56,064 nucleotides of DNA, from contig CANRPB010000002.1 in assembly GCA_947632415.1 (NCBI GenBank), positions 1 through 56,064 on the forward strand, read 5' to 3'. Source of the DNA: an uncultured Bacilli bacterium. Lineage in GTDB: Bacteria > Bacillota_I > Bacilli_A > RF39 > UBA660. This document shows positions 17,246 through 25,124 of this stretch, piece after piece (position 1 is the first letter of the stretch; each line of letters begins with the position of its first letter). Both the position numbers and the translations under genes were made by a program. The notes under the pieces were generated by a model. That model did not search any database, was not told the origin of the DNA, and worked only from the letters and a program-made list of their open reading frames with translations.

Positions 17246-17247
17246 TA

Positions 17248-17949
17248 TTAAAATACATCTTTTACATCTTTTTTATAAACGTGCAACGAGAACATTGTAT
17301 GTGTAAAATTACCAACTTTCATGTTACATGCACCAGCAACATATTCAAGAAGTCTAATTGCCAAATATACATCATTTGTAAAGTGTGTGTTAAAATCACA
17401 ACTCCGCATTACATAATGCATATTTAATTTTCCTTCCCTATACTGGAAATTATACCCAAGTGAACAAGGTACTCTTGAAATACCACCAAGTCTATCAGGG
17501 TCAATTGCAGGATTCCAAATCGACAACCACAACTGCCTTGAATCATGGTCCTCACTTAACCTATTTACAATTTTACTTATCTGGTCGTTAAACCAAATTC
17601 TTTCGTTATATGTATATGCCATTTTACCATCATGCAAATACTCATTCCATACATCCTCACGAAGTTTATATGCTTCCCCAGGATTTATAAATTCCGTACC
17701 ATTTCTAAATGGGTCAAACATTCTTTCATCAAATTCTGCATCAGCCCATGGTTGTGTTACACCAGTTATATCACTTGACTTTGCATTCAAAATTGTATAA
17801 CAATAATTCTGAAGTTCCTTTGTTTCATAATCTTCATTTCCTTCAATCTTTTTATCCTGCATTGTTTTAGGTTTTACAAGTATACCCATTTCAGCAAGAT
17901 CCCTTTTTACCTCTTCATATGCTTCTTCCCAATTCATATAAATTCTCAT
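17248..17949 (-). CDS. ThyA-fold deoxypyrimidylate C5-(hydroxy)methylase, dCMP hydroxymethylase-like
   Basis: DSRQLWLSIWNP, VPCSLGYNFQYREGKLNMHYVMRSCDFNTHFTNDVY and SLHVYKKD parallel ThyA/T4 gp42 motifs. Asp lies 11 residues after the RS Arg, where ThyA has Asn177 and T4 gp42 has Asp179. Confidence 0.7.
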   Translation of the reverse strand: MRIYMNWEEAYEEVKRDLAEMGILVKPKTMQDKKIEGNEDYETKELQNYCYTILNAKSSDITGVTQPWADAEFDERMFDPFRNGTEFINPGEAYKLREDVWNEYLHDGKMAYTYNERIWFNDQISKIVNRLSEDHDSRQLWLSIWNPAIDPDRLGGISRVPCSLGYNFQYREGKLNMHYVMRSCDFNTHFTNDVYLAIRLLEYVAGACNMKVGNFTHTMFSLHVYKKDVKDVF

Positions 17950-17950
17950 T

Positions 17951-18631
17951 TTACTTTTCCTCCAGTTCAATATCATCAAACACAACAGGAATTCTATTTT
18001 TTAACTCTTTTAACAACGGTACTGTTACTTCCCTCATTTGTGGATGGGCTGTTTTTGCAACTCTTAATTTAAAGAAATTTCTCCATTCACGATAATTTGC
18101 TGTAATTGTAATTTCAGTCTTTGTACTGTTTGGTAATACAGAACGTGCAATTTGAGAGGTTGCTCCCAGCTCAATCATTTTTAAATAGTGACGTTCAGCA
18201 TCCATCATTGCCTCATTCCACTCTTTTAAAACATTTGCAATATCATAAGAACTCATAGTGGACATTTTACCATCTAACTTCATTCCATTTGTAACATCAA
18301 TCACTGAAATTTCATTACCAAATTTATCATTACTGTAATTACAATACCTTGTACTTTCCTGTGCAAAAGAAGCAATCCTATGTCTTACTAACTCATGTGA
18401 TACACCACGATCAACAATAAATTTAACCGTCAAAGAACTATGTTCAATCATTGCTTCATGTCCACGGTCAATTAACATTTTAACAAACCTTTTTGCACTT
18501 TCCCCATCCTCTGAAATTTTATCTTCGGATTTATAACAAACCCTACCAATTTTTTCAATGTGTTTTAATTCATCAATACCACCATCAGAAATGTTTGATA
18601 AAATTTCATAACCAGCTTTTAAAACTTTCAA
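17951..18631 (-). CDS. thyX: Flavin-dependent thymidylate synthase ThyX
   Basis: RHRIASFAQESTR = ThyX motif RHRxxSxxxxSxR; TTG start 10 nt after AGGAGG. Confidence 0.85.
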   Translation of the reverse strand: MKVLKAGYEILSNISDGGIDELKHIEKIGRVCYKSEDKISEDGESAKRFVKMLIDRGHEAMIEHSSLTVKFIVDRGVSHELVRHRIASFAQESTRYCNYSNDKFGNEISVIDVTNGMKLDGKMSTMSSYDIANVLKEWNEAMMDAERHYLKMIELGATSQIARSVLPNSTKTEITITANYREWRNFFKLRVAKTAHPQMREVTVPLLKELKNRIPVVFDDIELEEK

Positions 18632-18632
18632 T

Positions 18633-19391
18633 TTACCTTTTCCTCCTTTTTGGATTTTCAAAATGTTCCTTTATTGATAATGATTGTATATCAACAGGTT
18701 CATATTTGTCAATACCAAAATATAATCTTTGCATCGTTGCCAATGTCATAAAGGAACTTATTTCACATTTTGTTTTAAAATACCGTGTATAGTCTGCATT
18801 TAATTGTCTTATCCATTGGTGCTCATAATTAAGTTCTTTACGATCAACACCAAAATAATCAAAGAATCCATTTATAAATTTACCACCACAATAGCATTGA
18901 GCCATGAAGAAAATTACATTGCCAATTTCACAACAATCTGGAAGTTCATTCACAAACCGATTTAACATAACCAAATCTGCAGCCATACGCCTTTGTGTTT
19001 CCGTAACACGATAATAAACTTTCATACCAGTCCATGTATCATGTCTACGTTTTCTTGTTAATACAATAGAAATTAAACACGAACCATTATTTCTTTTTTT
19101 ATGTTTAAAATAAAATGTATAAGATAACCCTGATACCTTTTCTAATCCTTTATAGAAATTTTGTAATTCATCATAGTCAATATAAGTGTTTAACAAATGT
19201 CCCCATTTTGATTTCTTATAACCAAAATTAGCAAGGTCCAATGTACACTTTGGAGTTTTACAACCAATCACAACATTTTCTACATAACCAGAATCACCTA
19301 ATACTGTTTGGATTATTTCAGGATGTAATAAAAATTTACGATTTAATTCCAAAAACATTTCATCAAAGTCTTTATATTTTTCTACTAACAT
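18633..19391 (-). CDS. Diverged thymidylate-synthase-fold-like protein, paralog 1 (252 aa), function unknown
   Basis: About half its residues match neighbour 19385..20143 by eye. NNGSCLISIVL and YYRVTETQRRMAADLV align in order and spacing with the ThyA PCH strand and the RSxD...N segment. Confidence 0.5.
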   Translation of the reverse strand: MLVEKYKDFDEMFLELNRKFLLHPEIIQTVLGDSGYVENVVIGCKTPKCTLDLANFGYKKSKWGHLLNTYIDYDELQNFYKGLEKVSGLSYTFYFKHKKRNNGSCLISIVLTRKRRHDTWTGMKVYYRVTETQRRMAADLVMLNRFVNELPDCCEIGNVIFFMAQCYCGGKFINGFFDYFGVDRKELNYEHQWIRQLNADYTRYFKTKCEISSFMTLATMQRLYFGIDKYEPVDIQSLSIKEHFENPKRRKR

Positions 19392-20143
19392 TTCGTTTTC
19401 CTATCCTTGAAATACTCATCAATACTTAACGTATTTGCAGGTAAAGGTGGATATGTTTCCATACCCAACCTCATTCTCTGCATTCTAGCCATTGATTGAT
19501 ATGTTGTGATTCTTGCGCCATCAACAAAACTCCTATTATACGCATCTACCAATGATTTAATCCATGGGTGTGTATAATCCAATGTATCAAATGGAACTTT
19601 GAAATAATCATAGAATCCATTTATAACCATTGCAGAAGTATATGTTTGTGCCATGTAAAATGTTACACGTTCAATTTCACAACATTCAGGAAGTTCTTTT
19701 ATAAAACTATGAATCAGAACCAAATCAGCAGCCATTCTACGTTGTGTTTCTGTTGTCCTGTAAATTACATTACATCTAATCCATTTCTTTTTTCTATCTT
19801 TTCTGGATAACACAATTGCTATCAAACACGAACCATTGTTTATTTTCTTTTGTTTGAAATAATAAGTTAATGATAAACCTGAAGCAGTTTTTAACCGTTC
19901 CCTGAATTTAACAAGTTCATCATAGTCAATGTAATTTCTTAACAAATGACTCCACTTATTTTTCTTATACCCAAAATTACCCAAGTCCAAATTACAGTCA
20001 TATGTTTTACAAGCAATAAATATATTATCCATATAACCAAGAATACCATTTGTATAATCCAACATTTCATATGGATTAGTAAGTATTTCCTGATTAAGTT
20101 TTAAAAACATTTCGTCAAAATTTTTATATTTTCTTACTTTCAA
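19385..20143 (-). CDS. Diverged thymidylate-synthase-fold-like protein, paralog 2 (252 aa), function unknown
   Basis: Shares NFGYKK.KW.HLL..YIDYDEL, NNGSCLI.IVL, YR.TETQRRMAADLV, ELP.CCEI and F.MAQ.Y with paralog 1. Confidence 0.5.
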   Translation of the reverse strand: MKVRKYKNFDEMFLKLNQEILTNPYEMLDYTNGILGYMDNIFIACKTYDCNLDLGNFGYKKNKWSHLLRNYIDYDELVKFRERLKTASGLSLTYYFKQKKINNGSCLIAIVLSRKDRKKKWIRCNVIYRTTETQRRMAADLVLIHSFIKELPECCEIERVTFYMAQTYTSAMVINGFYDYFKVPFDTLDYTHPWIKSLVDAYNRSFVDGARITTYQSMARMQRMRLGMETYPPLPANTLSIDEYFKDRKTKC

Positions 20144-20769
20144 TAATTTGACCTCTGCCTAAATTTATTGACTTGGGATTTCTTTAAATAAACATCAACA
20201 ATTTCATTCTCTCTAAAACATGTGGAGAGTATTGCAAAATAATCAGCCCATACACATCTAAGTTTATGATAAAATTCATTTTTATCTGTAACCATATTTG
20301 TCTGTTTCCATGGTTTATTTTTTAAACAATTACACATCATTCCTAAATCCATAACCAAATCAGGAATCAAACAAAATACTTCCTTTGTTGTTCTTGATTG
20401 TTCATACAATGTGTGAATTAAACTATTATCCATTGGAACATCCCACACAACATCATCAGGACCCGAACCAGACAAAATAGTTAACTCCGTGAGGAAATGT
20501 AAACCATCAATCAATTCTTCCTTAAAATGGGCTTCGTCCTCATAAGCATCTAATGCTTCCCCAACTTCTTCCATGATTCTCCATGAAAAATCCTTTATCC
20601 TTGCCTGACCTCTTTTATCATCCAAATTAACAGGACAGTCTTCCGTTTGTAATAATCCACTTCTTTTTTCAATATCATGGTACTTTTCCATTAACTCTTT
20701 CTGACGATTAAATATTGCAATCAAACCATCACAATCAATTTCCTCTGATACAGCATGTGTTATATTCAT
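20140..20769 (-). CDS. All-alpha NTP pyrophosphohydrolase (dimeric dUTPase / MazG-like)
   Basis: IMEEVGEALDAYEDE and ELIDGLHFLTEL acidic helices typical of the dimeric dUTPase/dCTPase family. Confidence 0.55.
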   Translation of the reverse strand: MNITHAVSEEIDCDGLIAIFNRQKELMEKYHDIEKRSGLLQTEDCPVNLDDKRGQARIKDFSWRIMEEVGEALDAYEDEAHFKEELIDGLHFLTELTILSGSGPDDVVWDVPMDNSLIHTLYEQSRTTKEVFCLIPDLVMDLGMMCNCLKNKPWKQTNMVTDKNEFYHKLRCVWADYFAILSTCFRENEIVDVYLKKSQVNKFRQRSNY

Positions 20770-20771
20770 TA

Positions 20772-21317
20772 TCACGCTTCCTCCGTTCTATTTAATTTTG
20801 ATAATTTTACAATTTGTTCAGGATAATTTCCATCACTAACATTGTTATAATTATATTCACAAATCCTAAAACCATTATCGTTTAACCAGTATGCAAATAC
20901 ATTATATCCATCTATCAAACCTAAAACATTTTCTTTTACACCTTCCATTTGTTCCCTGTCCCCCCAATTTGTAACACAAAACAAACCAGGATAACAAAAA
21001 ACAAATAAATCAACCAGTGAAAGTAAACTCCTCCCTTCAAAACCATTCATAACATCTTCAAACAAATTTTTACCACGCAAAACAGTTCCACAAACACATT
21101 CCTCTATTAAAGGAAACCTATCAAATATGATATTCTGTTTAGAGTTTAAATTTGTTTCCATAAAATCAATGTACTCTTTTGCTGTTTTGTTTGCACCAAT
21201 ACTCTTTGCAATTTCAAACTGATTATAATATCTTTTTATATCATTACACAATGTAGTTTTACCTGAGTTATCACACCCAAAAACTACAATTTTTAAACCT
21301 CTTTCAAAATTTTCCAT
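20772..21317 (-). CDS. P-loop deoxynucleoside-monophosphate kinase (thymidylate-kinase-like)
   Basis: VVFGCDNSGKTTL Walker A, FDRFPLIEE; small kinase size; sits in the nucleotide-metabolism block. Confidence 0.6.
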   Translation of the reverse strand: MENFERGLKIVVFGCDNSGKTTLCNDIKRYYNQFEIAKSIGANKTAKEYIDFMETNLNSKQNIIFDRFPLIEECVCGTVLRGKNLFEDVMNGFEGRSLLSLVDLFVFCYPGLFCVTNWGDREQMEGVKENVLGLIDGYNVFAYWLNDNGFRICEYNYNNVSDGNYPEQIVKLSKLNRTEEA

Positions 21318-21339
21318 TTTATTCTCCTTTTTAATTTTA

Positions 21340-21361
21340 AGGGAAGGACAAAGCCTTCCCT
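21340..21361 (-). terminator. 8-bp GC-rich hairpin between the SSB-like and kinase genes (weak terminator or processing site)
   Basis: AGGGAAGG-acaaag-CCTTCCCT; the flanking U tract is poor on the minus strand. Confidence 0.35.
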
Positions 21362-21368
21362 ATTTTAT

Positions 21369-22301
21369 TTAACCCCAATCATCATCAGAGTCTTCGTCTT
21401 CATCCTCTTCCCAATCATCATGGGCTTTATCATTTTCCTTCAGCAGGTTAATATAATACTTTTCATTCTTTTTCGGAAGTGCCTCAATATCCCTTTCCTG
21501 ACACAGCTTATATAATTCCTTTGCTGTCATATCGGAATAATCCTGCTCTTCCTCCTCATCATCACCATCCCAATCATCCGAAGAATTTTCCTCATCATAC
21601 TCTTCCAACAGATCAATATAATACTTCGGCTTCATCTTAGGTTCTGCTTCTATATCACGTTCCTCACAAAGGTTATACAATTCCCTTGCAGACATTTCAG
21701 AATAATCAAGTTCCTCTTTCTCTTCCTTTGCCTTCTTACTCTTTGTCTTCGGAACATCTTCATCATCATCATTACCGTACTGTCCAGCATGTTCATCAGG
21801 ATATGCCTTATCCAGAATTTTCAAAAATGCTGATTTACTATACGGCTTTGCTTTTTCATTCCTAAATTTATTCTTATCCATTGGAACAACACTGAATGTT
21901 TTATTCTGCTGTTTACCAGTTACACTAATAACAAAATCACGATCAAGCAACGTTCCATAATTTTCATACATTGCTGCAATTGCTCCCAATGGTGAACAGT
22001 TATTCATGGGGTACATCAGAATCTTAACTTCCTTGGATTCATAATCCCATACAGACCATGCATATTGCGAACGTGTTCTAATTCCATCTTCCTCACAATA
22101 AATACAATTCCTACCAAAAATTTCCTGACACGGTACGTTAATATTTGCTTCAAAATTATCATGGAAGGTTACCTCAAATCCATCTTCCATATCACTTAAA
22201 AATCTTACCCTTTTCTTATCTCCATCCTTGAAGAAAATAAACTTCCCTTTGTTTTGCCCAGACCTCTGAGCATCCTGTTTAATTTTGTCCAATAATCCCA
22301 T
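21369..22301 (-). CDS. ssDNA-binding-type protein (gp32-like Zn-ribbon/OB candidate) with two HeH repeats and acidic tail
   Basis: PCQEIFGRNCIYC Cys cluster; duplicated SEMSARELYNLCEERDIEAEPKMKPKYYIDLLEE and SDMTAKELYKLCQERDIEALPKKNEKYYINLLKE; ends DSDDDWG. Confidence 0.45.
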   Translation of the reverse strand: MGLLDKIKQDAQRSGQNKGKFIFFKDGDKKRVRFLSDMEDGFEVTFHDNFEANINVPCQEIFGRNCIYCEEDGIRTRSQYAWSVWDYESKEVKILMYPMNNCSPLGAIAAMYENYGTLLDRDFVISVTGKQQNKTFSVVPMDKNKFRNEKAKPYSKSAFLKILDKAYPDEHAGQYGNDDDEDVPKTKSKKAKEEKEELDYSEMSARELYNLCEERDIEAEPKMKPKYYIDLLEEYDEENSSDDWDGDDEEEEQDYSDMTAKELYKLCQERDIEALPKKNEKYYINLLKENDKAHDDWEEDEDEDSDDDWG

Positions 22302-22458
22302 TTTAATTCTTCCTTTCTTAAAACAACTCCTGTATTATAGCGACTGTCGATAGACGCGCATACCATCTCACCTCTGTTCCTGAAACCTTACTCCCTTTGC
22401 AAATGTAAGTTCTAGGGTGATACTCTTTGCTTTGCGTAAGTGTTGACCAATTAAGCTG

Positions 22459-23448
22459 TTACATTTGTTGTTTTACTTTATTCATTGTTTTTTTGTGCAT
22501 CATTTTAAATTGTTCTTCAGACATTTCGCCTGGGTCTTTAATTCCTTTCAAATAACAAAACCGAACAACTTTTCTAAATATAGTTCTCAAATATTTTGTA
22601 CCTTTTTTACCACATGTGTCATTATCCAGTGCACTCACGATTATTTTTACATTAGATTTTTTTAATTTCATTTCTTGTTCATATGACATTTTCCAACCTA
22701 ATATAGCAACAACGTTTTCTACACCATTCTGGATAAATTTTAACCTATCCATATAACCTTCCACAACAAACACAATGTCCTGATTTTCATAATCACCAAC
22801 CAATGTTGTGGCACGACTGAATCCTTCGTTATACAGATATTTACGTTTCTTTTCAATGTCTGGTAATGTTGTTCTACATACCCAACCTTTAAACATACCA
22901 TTGTCTAACATTGGAAATATAATTGCATATGATTTATTATATGTTACTTTTGCATGACATTTATTTAATGTGTATGGTGTGAAACCACGTTGTAACATAT
23001 ATTGTCTACACAATGTAACTTCATCTGATTCATCCTTCATCCAGTCCACTTTTGACAAACCATAATAATAGTCATATGCAATGTTATATAACTCTTTGTT
23101 ATCATACCTCCTTTTTCTAATTCTTGTATGATTATGTTCACTAACCTTCCTTACTTTATTTGATTTTAAAATTTTAAAATATTTTTGTAAGGTTTGTAAG
23201 TCATTTAATTTTGGATTCATTAAATGTACAAATTGATAAGCATCACCAAATGTATTACAACCAAAACAAAAGAACTTACCATCCTGCAAATCCACAATCA
23301 TACTCGGATTAACATCTTTGTGAAATGGACAAACAATTTTTAATTCACTAGAAGGATTATTTTCAATGTGTCCATAATACAACAATACTTTTTGTAAGTC
23401 CATTCCACTACACTTGAAAACATATGGATTTCCTTCTTTTATTTGCAT
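22459..23448 (-). CDS. DnaG-type DNA primase (CHC2 zinc finger + TOPRIM)
   Basis: CPFHKDVNPSMIVD..FFCFGCNTFGDAYQF; VVEGYMD and ALDNDTCGKKG. Confidence 0.8.
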   Translation of the reverse strand: MQIKEGNPYVFKCSGMDLQKVLLYYGHIENNPSSELKIVCPFHKDVNPSMIVDLQDGKFFCFGCNTFGDAYQFVHLMNPKLNDLQTLQKYFKILKSNKVRKVSEHNHTRIRKRRYDNKELYNIAYDYYYGLSKVDWMKDESDEVTLCRQYMLQRGFTPYTLNKCHAKVTYNKSYAIIFPMLDNGMFKGWVCRTTLPDIEKKRKYLYNEGFSRATTLVGDYENQDIVFVVEGYMDRLKFIQNGVENVVAILGWKMSYEQEMKLKKSNVKIIVSALDNDTCGKKGTKYLRTIFRKVVRFCYLKGIKDPGEMSEEQFKMMHKKTMNKVKQQM

Positions 23449-23990
23449 TACTCTGTTTCCTTTACTTCGGATATTTTTAAATACCCTTCACTTTCTTTTA
23501 CTGTATAACAGCCTTTTAAATCGTCCAATGTAATTTCCCCAAGTTCACTTAATTCATCAAGCTTCTGTTTGTTCACTGTTTTTTCAACATTCACAAATGA
23601 TTTAAACTTTTTGGGGTTTACACCACAACTTTTTAAATAACGGATTAAACCATCCATATTTGTGATTACATACTTTTTATCCAGAAATTCATTCAACAAC
23701 TCTTTATCCACTTTTTCTTCCAATGCTGAAACATCAAATTCAATACGTTTCGGTCGTACATCAATTACCTTTAATGGTGTCTCTGCATCTTTAAACCTAC
23801 CATACTTTGCAATAAAGTTTAACTGATTAAACCCTTTTGCATTCATAAAGTTTCTAATCGTTGTCTGCAGTTCTTTCCGTTTTTCGTCATATTGTTTCTG
23901 AATGTATTTTACCTTTTCCTGGTAGTCATACAACTCCACAATGACTTGTTTAATGTGTTCATTTTCATCACTTTTTTTCTGCTTCGACAT
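23448..23990 (-). CDS. Hypothetical coiled-coil protein (180 aa)
   Basis: ATGA coupling to the primase; no motif. Confidence 0.55.
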   Translation of the reverse strand: MSKQKKSDENEHIKQVIVELYDYQEKVKYIQKQYDEKRKELQTTIRNFMNAKGFNQLNFIAKYGRFKDAETPLKVIDVRPKRIEFDVSALEEKVDKELLNEFLDKKYVITNMDGLIRYLKSCGVNPKKFKSFVNVEKTVNKQKLDELSELGEITLDDLKGCYTVKESEGYLKISEVKETE

Positions 23991-24519
23991 TTTTATGGTA
24001 TCCTTTCAGAATATTCAGAATTACCCTAGGCCAACGTTCCCCAACTCTTACCCACAAAACATTCTCATAAGGAACAACAAATTCCCAGTTAAATTCTGTC
24101 ACCAGCTTTACCATCCTACGCTTGGAACTACGATTTACCAATGCTGCTGTTCTCGGTTTTCCTTTGTTGTCAACAAAACACATTAACGTTCCAGGTTCAG
24201 CTTCCTCGATGTATTTTGTACGATCAATAAATTTAATTTCAACAGGATTCTGTTCTACAACCTTTTCCTCTGTTACATCCACTGTGTTTTCAACCACAAG
24301 GTTTTCGACAACAAAATCATCCGCTGTAATTACATCTGATATAGGTTCCTCTGTGAAATGTCCAATTATGATATTTTCATCCACACCATTTAACAAACCA
24401 GTTATCAGTTCATCCTTTGACAATTTTGTTTTTCCCTTGTACCTCGGAACATTAAACCTTTTTGCCAATGCCTCCAATTCAGTTTTTGTTTTTCCTTCCA
24501 ACATTTCCCTTGTTGACAT
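23968..24519 (-). CDS. HeH-motif protein (183 aa), first gene of the replication module
   Basis: N-terminal KTELEALAKRFNVPRYKGKTKLSKDELITGLL; AGGAGG RBS. Confidence 0.55.
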   Translation of the reverse strand: MSTREMLEGKTKTELEALAKRFNVPRYKGKTKLSKDELITGLLNGVDENIIIGHFTEEPISDVITADDFVVENLVVENTVDVTEEKVVEQNPVEIKFIDRTKYIEEAEPGTLMCFVDNKGKPRTAALVNRSSKRRMVKLVTEFNWEFVVPYENVLWVRVGERWPRVILNILKGYHKNVEAEKK

Positions 24520-24563
24520 ATTAGTCCTCCTTTTTAATTAAAAAAATTTTTTTAAAACTACAA

Positions 24564-24635
24564 TGTGCATGACAGGGATCGAACCTGCACCTTTTAAACC
24601 ATTAAGGTATATGCTACCAATTACACCACATACAC
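24564..24635 (-). tRNA. tRNA-like gene with canonical acceptor, D and T arms but a non-canonical anticodon arm (possible pseudo-tRNA)
   Basis: Minus strand reads GTGTATG TG GTGT AATTGGTA GCAT A T ACCTT AATGGTTTAA AAGGT GCAGG TTCGATC CCTGT CATGCAC A. No 5-bp stem with a 7-nt loop can be drawn. Confidence 0.5.
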
Positions 24636-24694
24636 ACCTTACTATGACAAAAACGAAAGAAAGGATATGTACCCATGCTCGGCAAACATGGGAG

Positions 24695-24765
24695 TGGGGG
24701 TAGTTGGAATTGAACCAACGATACAGGAGTCAAAGTCCCGTGCCTTACCTCTTGGCGATACCCCT
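24695..24765 (-). tRNA. tRNA-Gln (anticodon UUG)
   Basis: AGGGGTA TC GCCAAGAGGTAAGGC A CGGGA CTTTGAC TCCTG TATC GTTGG TTCAATT CCAAC TACCCCC A. Close to E. coli tRNA-Gln; A1-C72 mismatch; no encoded CCA. Confidence 0.85.
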
Positions 24766-24770
24766 AAATA

Positions 24771-24832
24771 AAACAAGGAAATTCTTTATTATTACATCCT
24801 GCACAAAACATAACAATAAAGTTTCCTTGTTT
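24771..24832 (-). terminator. 11-bp perfect hairpin plus U tract immediately 5' of tRNA-Gln (terminator or processing structure)
   Basis: AAACAAGGAAA (24771..24781) pairs with TTTCCTTGTTT (24822..24832); 40-nt loop; minus-strand RNA continues UAUUU into the tRNA. Confidence 0.45.
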
Positions 24833-24971
24833 GTTTCAAATATACATTGATGTAAATTATTTGTTATTTAACTGTTTTGTACATCACATTTTTGTACTTT
24901 ACTGTTTTTGTTATTAAACAATTACCTCCTTCAGTTTTTATAACCAATGTTATATTTGTTATGTTATTTGT

Positions 24972-25000
24972 ATTATAACACAACCGCTATGGAATGTCAA
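24972..25000 (-). promoter_or_regulatory. Sigma-70-type promoter TTGACA-N17-TGtTATAAT
   Basis: Minus strand reads TTGACAttccatagcggttgtgtTATAAT. Confidence 0.75.
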
Positions 25001-25065
25001 TACCCAAATTAAACTTTTTTAAAAAATTTTAACCGTGTATTTGCCCCATTTACGGGGTTGTTTTC

Positions 25066-25094
25066 ATTATACATATAAATGGTGGGGTTGTCAA
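25066..25094 (-). promoter_or_regulatory. Sigma-70-type promoter TTGACA-N17-TATAAT (tandem with 24972..25000)
   Basis: Minus strand reads TTGACAaccccaccatttatatgTATAAT. Confidence 0.7.
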
Positions 25095-25124
25095 TAAAAG
25101 TTTGTGTATGGGCTTCCAGCGTGG

